Of a stretch of 11,645 bases of DNA, positions 6,178 through 11,645 are shown piece by piece; positions within the stretch are counted from its first letter, which is position 1, and each line of letters opens with the position of its first letter. A model generated the notes under the pieces. That model did not search any database. It was not told the DNA's origin and saw only the letters and a list, made by a program, of their open reading frames with translations. The DNA lies in contig DAIDHG010000028.1 in the NCBI GenBank assembly GCA_027452085.1, forward strand, positions 1-11,645. Direction: 5' to 3'. Position numbers and translations under genes: made by a program. The DNA is from a bacterium (GTDB lineage Bacteria > Babelota > Babeliae > Babelales > JABCYS01).

Positions 6178-8166
6178 TTAGATCTCATCGATCGGGTAGT
6201 AAGGTTGGGAATCTGCTTGTTCTTCTTGATTGATGCTCAGTGTAGCAGAGCGCTCTAAAGAGGCAATAAAGCCCTGGATAAGGCGACCATGAAGCTCCCG
6301 TTCTACCGAGCCGGTAAAGGCAGCTTTTTTCGCCTCAAAATCCTTGGCATTAAATGGCTCAATTGCATCGAGCTTGACGACTAATCCGTTATGTTGTTCA
6401 TCCACGTTGGTCACCGCTGAACCAGTTCGCTCCATTGGCAACATTTGACTAATAGGCAATCCTTCAGCCGCCAACTTCTTCACGCGGTCGGTTTCATCCC
6501 CTTTTAACGAATCAATATTCCGCAGGGTGCCATGAAACTCTTGGGCCAGCTCGCTCATAGGTCGTTTATTTACCTGCTGTTTGACCTCAGCCAACAGCAC
6601 ACGCATTCGATTATCTGCTTTTTTGCGATACAGGGCAGACGTCACCTTTTCCTTAATTTGGTCAAATGGTGGCACAAAGCTCTTGGCTATTTTGGTCAGC
6701 TCAATCACGGTGGCCGAGCCGCCATCTTTGGCCACTGGCATAATCGATAGTTCGCCTACCTCCTGGATTTTGAATAAGCGCTCAACCTGAGCATTTGAAT
6801 CCTTGCCGAGCTTTGCAGAGGCTAGATCAACACGCTTGGCCCCTTTTGTTTGGGCAAACTGCTCAAGCGCTTTGGGATTTTGCTTCATTTCATGTTGGAT
6901 GCGTTCCATATCAGCCGCAAATATACGATTGAATAACGTTTGTCGCACCGCTTTTTCTACTTCGGCACGAACTGCAGATAGTGGTTTATATGATGCGGCT
7001 TTGCGAGAAACGCGTTGCACAATCTCAATACCATCTTTTGTTTGGAATGGTTGCGATATTTCGCCATCATTTTTAAGCTTGAAGGCTACTTGCTCAAATT
7101 CCGCATCCCGCGTGCCGCGAGCAACAAGACCAATCAAGCCGCCATCTTTGGCCGTTGCCTTATCATCGGAAATTTCTTTTGCTTTTTGCGCAAAGGATGC
7201 CGGCTCGCGCACGAGCTCTTGGTGCACCGCCTCGGCGTGCGCCGCCACGGTTGGGAAATCTTCCGGCTTTTCAACTTTGAAAAGAATATGACGCACCTCT
7301 ACCTGCGCAGGATTTTGCGTGTATGAAGCTTTATGAGCCTCATAATAATGCTCAACATCCTTCTCTGATGGTGTTATGGCATAGCGCGCCGGATCAAATT
7401 CCCATGCTACACCGGTGCGTGTTTCTGGCACAGTAAATTGCTTTTTCGATTGCTCGTAAAACTTTTTAAGTTCATCATCTGAAAGCACTGATGCACGTTC
7501 GCGTGCGAGCAACTGCTCATAAGGAATGGTAAGCACGGTATATTTTTTGCCTGCAAATTGCTGCATGTATTGTGCTTTAAGCAAGAATTGCGGCACATAT
7601 AAGGAAGCGGCGATCAACTCTTTTACCTGCTGAAGCTTCAAATGTTCTTCCACGTGCCGTTCAAAATCGGCCACCGACAAGCCTTGGCCCCGCAGAATGC
7701 GTGAGATATTATTAAAATCTAAACCGTGTTGGCTTGCGAGTAAATATGGTGGAATATAATCACTCATCTCTTGGAATAGGAAATTTGGATCAGTAATTTT
7801 GCTAGCTACATAGTCATAGCCAAGACGAATATTCAAATCGTTTGCAACTTCGTCAAGCAATGCATCTGATATTAAACTTTGGATTGCCGCTTGTTTCAAA
7901 TCGATGCCAAGCATTTTACTATCAAATGGAATGCCTGCTTGCGCAAACTGCATCCGCAGGAGCTCTAGTCTGCGCTCTTGGGCAGACATACGTCTGCGAA
8001 AATCTGCTTGGCTCACCTCGTGATGATTAACCGTCAGAAAGCTGCGCCGGCTTCGCGTTCGCAACAAAATAAAAATACCACCAGTGAGCGCCATTGATGC
8101 GACGGTAATCAAGGCGACTGCGGTAAACACACGTCGATATGAACGATTGCTAAAAACATTAATCAT
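6178..8166 (-). CDS. PpiD/SurA-like membrane-anchored chaperone with parvulin-type peptidyl-prolyl isomerase domain
   Basis: N-terminal TM segment, SurA-N-like region (TVNHHEVSQADF), parvulin motifs VRHILFK, FAQKAKEISDD..TAKDGGLIG, EFEQVAF.L..GEISQPFQT..G. The 662-aa length is typical of PpiD. Confidence 0.88.
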   Translation of the reverse strand: MINVFSNRSYRRVFTAVALITVASMALTGGIFILLRTRSRRSFLTVNHHEVSQADFRRRMSAQERRLELLRMQFAQAGIPFDSKMLGIDLKQAAIQSLISDALLDEVANDLNIRLGYDYVASKITDPNFLFQEMSDYIPPYLLASQHGLDFNNISRILRGQGLSVADFERHVEEHLKLQQVKELIAASLYVPQFLLKAQYMQQFAGKKYTVLTIPYEQLLARERASVLSDDELKKFYEQSKKQFTVPETRTGVAWEFDPARYAITPSEKDVEHYYEAHKASYTQNPAQVEVRHILFKVEKPEDFPTVAAHAEAVHQELVREPASFAQKAKEISDDKATAKDGGLIGLVARGTRDAEFEQVAFKLKNDGEISQPFQTKDGIEIVQRVSRKAASYKPLSAVRAEVEKAVRQTLFNRIFAADMERIQHEMKQNPKALEQFAQTKGAKRVDLASAKLGKDSNAQVERLFKIQEVGELSIMPVAKDGGSATVIELTKIAKSFVPPFDQIKEKVTSALYRKKADNRMRVLLAEVKQQVNKRPMSELAQEFHGTLRNIDSLKGDETDRVKKLAAEGLPISQMLPMERTGSAVTNVDEQHNGLVVKLDAIEPFNAKDFEAKKAAFTGSVERELHGRLIQGFIASLERSATLSINQEEQADSQPYYPIDEI

Positions 8167-8183
8167 CTGATTTGATACTCCGT

Positions 8184-8894
8184 TTAACTTATGGCTGCAA
8201 TTGATACGTCATGTAATTTTTCAAATTTCTTAATCTGCGCAACGATGCCCTCGAGCTGTGAGCGATCTGCCATCGGTGCGGTAACTGCTTGATACCAAGC
8301 CACCGATTTTCCTTGTTTGGTGCGGCTATGCCGTGTGACGATGGCTACATCAAAGCCGCGTCGTTTTAATCGTTGCACCATTTGGTTTGCCATCTTTTCA
8401 GTGCTAAATCCGGCAAGGATACCCTTATAGAATGTTGATGGCTTTTGTTCTACGCTCGCCTGCACAACAGGCTCTGTTTCAGCTGATTGTTGTGCTATTG
8501 GTTGAGGGTGTGTTGCGTGTATATCGTTTGGTGTTGCCGCTTGAGAATTTGTTGCATCAACATTTTGTGCCGGTAATGCTTCATCATCTGCCGATTCTTC
8601 GTCGCCACGCTCAGTTGCAGACATTGCGTAATACACTTGGTCTGCAAAAGAATCGCGCTCAACCATGGTGAGCAATTGTTCGGCTGCCGTATGTTGGCCC
8701 CAAAAGTAGCCAGCAATAAAAATGAAGAGTGAAGTAAGCAACAGCAATACGATGGTGCGATTTAAATGCTGTTTATTTAAGTAGAGTCCATCGCCGCGCG
8801 GCTGATGAGGCGGCGAATCGTGTGTAGTTTGTTCGTGTGTGTCGACGCTTAATGCGCCGATGTTGGTTCGAAACCAGTCAAATATCTTTTTCAT
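8184..8894 (-). CDS. Bitopic membrane protein with a divergent C-terminal SPOR-like domain (DedD/FtsN-like architecture)
   Basis: Start revised to ATG 8894 (CAGGTGAG RBS). TM helix IVLLLLTSLFIFIAGYFWG, low-complexity Q/T/P/E linker, C-terminal GF.T.K.A..MV.RLKRRG...WYQAVT pattern. Confidence 0.65.
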   Translation of the reverse strand: MKKIFDWFRTNIGALSVDTHEQTTHDSPPHQPRGDGLYLNKQHLNRTIVLLLLTSLFIFIAGYFWGQHTAAEQLLTMVERDSFADQVYYAMSATERGDEESADDEALPAQNVDATNSQAATPNDIHATHPQPIAQQSAETEPVVQASVEQKPSTFYKGILAGFSTEKMANQMVQRLKRRGFDVAIVTRHSRTKQGKSVAWYQAVTAPMADRSQLEGIVAQIKKFEKLHDVSIAAIS

Positions 8895-9001
8895 AGTACT
8901 CACCTGTGTGGTAGGTTCAAGATAATTGGATGATAGTTTGCTGTTGATGACGCCCGTGCCTAACAGTACCAAACTTTTGGCTTCGGAGAGCGAGGCTCAA
9001 C

Positions 9002-9172
9002 TCGCCTGCAAGTTTGTATTGTTTAGTCGCTATCATTTTCTCTTCCAATTAATATCGCTTGGTATCAATATCACTAGCAATACCATTTTTTTAGTCCCCC
9101 GATCATCCTGAGCCTGTCGAAGGATGGCCTTGAGGGCCTGAGGTCGCCTCTAGTTTGTATCGCTTAGTCGCT
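9002..9172. repeat. Imperfect direct repeat, two copies (9002-9031 and 9144-9172)
   Basis: tcgcct-gca-agtttgtat-tgt-ttagtcgct versus tcgcct-ct-agtttgtat-cgc-ttagtcgct. Both copies are followed within 10 nt by tctcttc. Confidence 0.75.
9098..9126. repeat. REP-like palindromic element
   Basis: cccgatCATCCT-gagcctgtcga-AGGATG (6-bp stem). Resembles the CCTGAGCYTGTCGAAGG extragenic palindrome family as I recall it; only one copy in this window. Confidence 0.55.
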
Positions 9173-9350
9173 CGCTTAACCTCTCTTCATTACACCCTCA
9201 TTCCAAAAAATTATAAAATGCGCTTACTCTGAAACGAAACTGCATATAAGTTCGAGAGAAAATAATTCTATAACGCAGCTTCAGATAAACTCAACTCTGG
9301 TAAGGCTTGGTAACAAACCGGGAAATTTCAGCCCGAGCGACAGCCGCAAA
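9153..9350 (-). ncRNA. Candidate ~200-nt structured RNA (loosely 6S-like rod) or long 5' leader
   Basis: Ends pair (9334-9341 with 9167-9174, 8 bp; 9346-9350 with 9153-9157). Apical stem GAAGCUGCGU/AUGCAGUUUC on the minus strand. Candidate promoter just upstream. No recognised family motif. Confidence 0.25.
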
Positions 9351-9362
9351 CATATCAATGAA

Positions 9363-10322
9363 CTATTTTGGTTCGCGAGAATATAGCACACCATCCGGTG
9401 TTTGCAAAACTATTTGCTGAATTTTCTGCGCAATATCATCAGTAGATTGATTCGTCATAGTAATAGTGTGAGTCTGTTCAGATGGCAGTTGCTCGAGCAG
9501 GGATCGAAAAAAAGTGAGTTGGCGTTTTGCGTAACGACGCGTATCGCGCTGGATTGTAGCAATCACGGTGTTGGTAATTTCAGATGCTTGTAACAACTCA
9601 CAATAACCAATAATTTTTTTTCGGCACAAAAAATCCTGCCATGTCGTTTTTCGGAGACTTTGCACCTCCTCAAGCCAAGCAGGCAACATTTCGTGCACAC
9701 GCGTATCAATGCGCTCATACAACTCTGCACGATCACGAGTTAATAAAAAAAGTTGAAAATGATTCGAAATTGGATCATACACCGGTGCACGCGATGAAGG
9801 CAATTGGCCGGTTTCTTGCCATAAATTGAGTGCGCGCTCAATGCGATACCTATCATGCGGATGGATCTTTGCTGCGCGTGCAGGATCAATTGCGTTGAGC
9901 CGTTCCCACAATTCCTGCGTCGATACGTTTGTAAAATTTTCCAATGCGGCTGAAGCTTGGTGTGCTCCGGCGCTCTGAGCATCAGCAGCAGGATAAAATA
10001 ATGACCGAATATAGAAACCTGAGCCACCAACAATAACGGGAATATTATTGCGCGACCAGATATCACATATCACAGCGTAAACGCGAGATCGATACTGCGC
10101 CACCGTAAAATTAATTGGTTCATCAAGCAGATCAAAAAGATGATGAGGCACCAACATGCGCTCGAATGGTGTTGGTTTTGCCGTGCCTATGTTGAGTGGC
10201 GTATACAACTGCCCCATATCGCCATTTACAATTTCAATTGGAAGATGATGCGCAAGCTCGAGAGCAACAGCCGATTTACCCGTGCCAGTGGGACCAGTAA
10301 TTACGAGAAAGAAATGATGCAT
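9363..10322 (-). CDS. miaA: tRNA dimethylallyltransferase
   Basis: GPTGTGKS P-loop, D..Q.Y..LNIGTAKP, VPHHLFD, VGGSGFY, HPHD.YRI.RAL, TRRYAKRQLTFF. Confidence 0.97.
   Translation of the reverse strand: MHHFFLVITGPTGTGKSAVALELAHHLPIEIVNGDMGQLYTPLNIGTAKPTPFERMLVPHHLFDLLDEPINFTVAQYRSRVYAVICDIWSRNNIPVIVGGSGFYIRSLFYPAADAQSAGAHQASAALENFTNVSTQELWERLNAIDPARAAKIHPHDRYRIERALNLWQETGQLPSSRAPVYDPISNHFQLFLLTRDRAELYERIDTRVHEMLPAWLEEVQSLRKTTWQDFLCRKKIIGYCELLQASEITNTVIATIQRDTRRYAKRQLTFFRSLLEQLPSEQTHTITMTNQSTDDIAQKIQQIVLQTPDGVLYSREPK
9380..9407 (-). promoter_or_regulatory. Candidate internal sigma70 promoter in the 3' end of miaA
   Basis: Minus strand TTGCAA (9407-9402), 16-nt spacer, TATATT (9385-9380), with an extended -10 TGc; predicted start near 9373. 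Confidence 0.45.
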
Positions 10323-10401
10323 ATAAGCTTATCCCACACCGGCGAAAAAGTGAGTCGCTCAAGAATCAGCAACCAGTCACACGATGCAATGAAAACGAAT
10401 G

Positions 10402-10956
10402 TCATCGGGCGTGACATTGCTCCTTGCGCAACATTGCGAGCGCATCGCCAGCGGTGCAACGTTCTACAATAGCAACCTCTTCAATAAGCAGAGTTTCAAT
10501 TTGCATCGCAAACGCTTTCTCGCCAAATGACAACTCTTTATATTTGCTCACATTACGCAAATCGCGATAAATCTCTGCAAGCTCAAGCAAATCGCCACGC
10601 GCTATTTTGCTCGTAAATTCACGATTGCGTCTTCCCCAGCTGGCACCCATTACCAAAACGGGCTTGCCTGGCTGCGCAAGCAGATTAAACATTTCCTTTA
10701 CCACAGCTTTACTACTCACTGGCCTAATTCCCACCGCAGCAAAATTATCTGCCGGTACGAGCACGGTAACTCCCTTTTGAATCAATTTGAGCTCGTAAAA
10801 ATTTAATTGCTCTTTTCCCACATTTTTTTGAACCATACGACTTATTTGTGCAACACCGTGACCGGGATACACAACAAAATCATTTACATCGAATAACGAT
10901 GCACCAAGGTGTTTTGAAAGCGATGATTTTGATTTATTTGCAGAGACGACAGTCAT
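10402..10956 (-). CDS. carD: CarD/CdnL family RNA polymerase-binding transcription regulator
   Basis: F.V.DFVVYPGHGVA.I, VLVP...VGIRP, SWGRR (conserved Trp), A.IYRDL, LSFGEK. Start probably ATG 10956 (GGAG 9 nt upstream); the ORF track extends to 10995. Confidence 0.93.
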   Translation of the reverse strand: MTVVSANKSKSSLSKHLGASLFDVNDFVVYPGHGVAQISRMVQKNVGKEQLNFYELKLIQKGVTVLVPADNFAAVGIRPVSSKAVVKEMFNLLAQPGKPVLVMGASWGRRNREFTSKIARGDLLELAEIYRDLRNVSKYKELSFGEKAFAMQIETLLIEEVAIVERCTAGDALAMLRKEQCHAR

Positions 10957-11004
10957 GAGCGGATTCTCCGGAATCAACTCGACATACAAACCCATGACCG
11001 CGGG

Positions 11005-11019
11005 AATATACCATATATT
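11005..11019. promoter_or_regulatory. Extended -10 element for carD within a 6-3-6 palindrome
   Basis: aatata-cca-tatatt. The minus strand reads TG-g-TATATT; the plus strand also has TATATT at 11014-11019. Confidence 0.45.
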
Positions 11020-11041
11020 TTTACAATTAACAGCCCAACTG

Positions 11042-11071
11042 TTGCATCTCGTATCACGTATTGTTTATGGT
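11042..11071 (+). promoter_or_regulatory. Candidate sigma70 promoter for the plus-strand gene
   Basis: TTGCAT (11042-11047), 18-nt spacer, TATGGT (11066-11071), ~40 nt upstream of ATG 11111. Confidence 0.35.
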
Positions 11072-11110
11072 CATGCTGTATATTAACAGCGGTCACTCAA
11101 AGGAGTAACG

Positions 11111-11645
11111 ATGAGTCGTAATCTATTTCTGGCCTGCGCAATGGTGGCGTTATCAAATGCCAAGATGTTTGGTAACGGCATGCAAGCAATTCAACGCCAA
11201 TTCATTAATGTTTTGCACAGTGTTGGGCTTCCTGTACCATCTAAAGATGAAATTAACAGCGTGCATAAGGTAGCGGGCAAACAAGGCTCTGAGGCACAGT
11301 TTTATAAAGTGCGCAGCGACCTTAATTCCTTATTAATGCAACCGTCAGTAAACGAAGACAAAGTGCGGGAAAAAATTAAAAAGTTGGGACAGTTAAATCC
11401 TGCGCGTTGGCCACGGCCGGAAGATTATATACAGGTGTTAAATGCAAAACTTGGTGAAATGAAAGGCTCGGTTGCAAAATCGGTAGACAAATCAACCGAA
11501 ATAAAAGCCGCGGGGGCAAAAAAGGTTGAAAAATCTGTCGTGCCAAGCCATGCAGAGCTTCAACAGCAGTTCCTTGAGCTTGAACGAGGCGTAGGCATTG
11601 TAACTCCTCAATCAGAAATAAATGCCGTACGCAGAGTTCGTGGCC
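11111..11645 (+). CDS. Hypothetical protein with probable signal peptide, incomplete at the right edge (absent from the ORF track)
   Basis: Strong RBS AAGGAG-taacg-ATG. Frame is open for 178 codons to the window end: MSRNLFLACAMVALSNAKMFGNGMQAIQRQF...EINAVRRVRG. Confidence 0.8.
   Translation, partial: MSRNLFLACAMVALSNAKMFGNGMQAIQRQFINVLHSVGLPVPSKDEINSVHKVAGKQGSEAQFYKVRSDLNSLLMQPSVNEDKVREKIKKLGQLNPARWPRPEDYIQVLNAKLGEMKGSVAKSVDKSTEIKAAGAKKVEKSVVPSHAELQQQFLELERGVGIVTPQSEINAVRRVRG

Noticed and set aside
6169..6260. LexA/SOS box upstream of recA
   Set aside because: I found no convincing CTGT-N8-ACAG or GAAC-N4-GTTC palindrome, and the region is ppiD coding sequence.
6803..7291. 162-aa plus-strand ORF and the other plus-strand ORFs opposite rny, recA, infC, rplT, ymdB and miaA
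   Set aside because: Antisense shadows of well-supported conserved genes, with no motifs.
8899..8923. Plus-strand CTCACCTG-tgtgg-TAGGTTCAA resembling the 3' motif of 6S RNA
   Set aside because: The matching 5' TGAACC arm is absent, the rest would lie antisense inside a CDS, and the CACCT part is explained as the minus-strand RBS.
8895..8972. TTG-initiated N-terminal extension of the SPOR-like gene
   Set aside because: A good SD (CAGGTGAG) sits directly before ATG 8894.

Overview
Bacterial core-genome region, almost entirely on the minus strand. In transcription order: carD, miaA, a ~470-nt structured intergenic region, a SPOR-like membrane protein, a ppiD/surA-like chaperone, recA, infC, rpmI, rplT, a ~300-nt hairpin-rich spacer, zapB-like, zapA, rny, ymdB, and a secreted protein with Gly/Thr-rich repeats that appears cut at the left edge by an insertion-element end. 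A divergent, incomplete plus-strand orphan gene with a probable signal peptide starts at 11111. The style of the secreted orphans suggests Dependentiae (TM6/Babelota), but that is inference only. No rRNA, tRNA or CRISPR array was seen. The most unusual signals are non-coding: (i) consecutive hairpins sharing a GUAAA loop motif upstream of zapB-zapA-rny-ymdB; (ii) a possible ~200-nt rod-like RNA, a duplicated 30-nt motif and a REP-like palindrome downstream of miaA. There is also no room for 6S RNA at its common zapA-rny position, and recA is wired directly into the infC-rpmI-rplT operon. All RNA structures were paired by eye, not computed.
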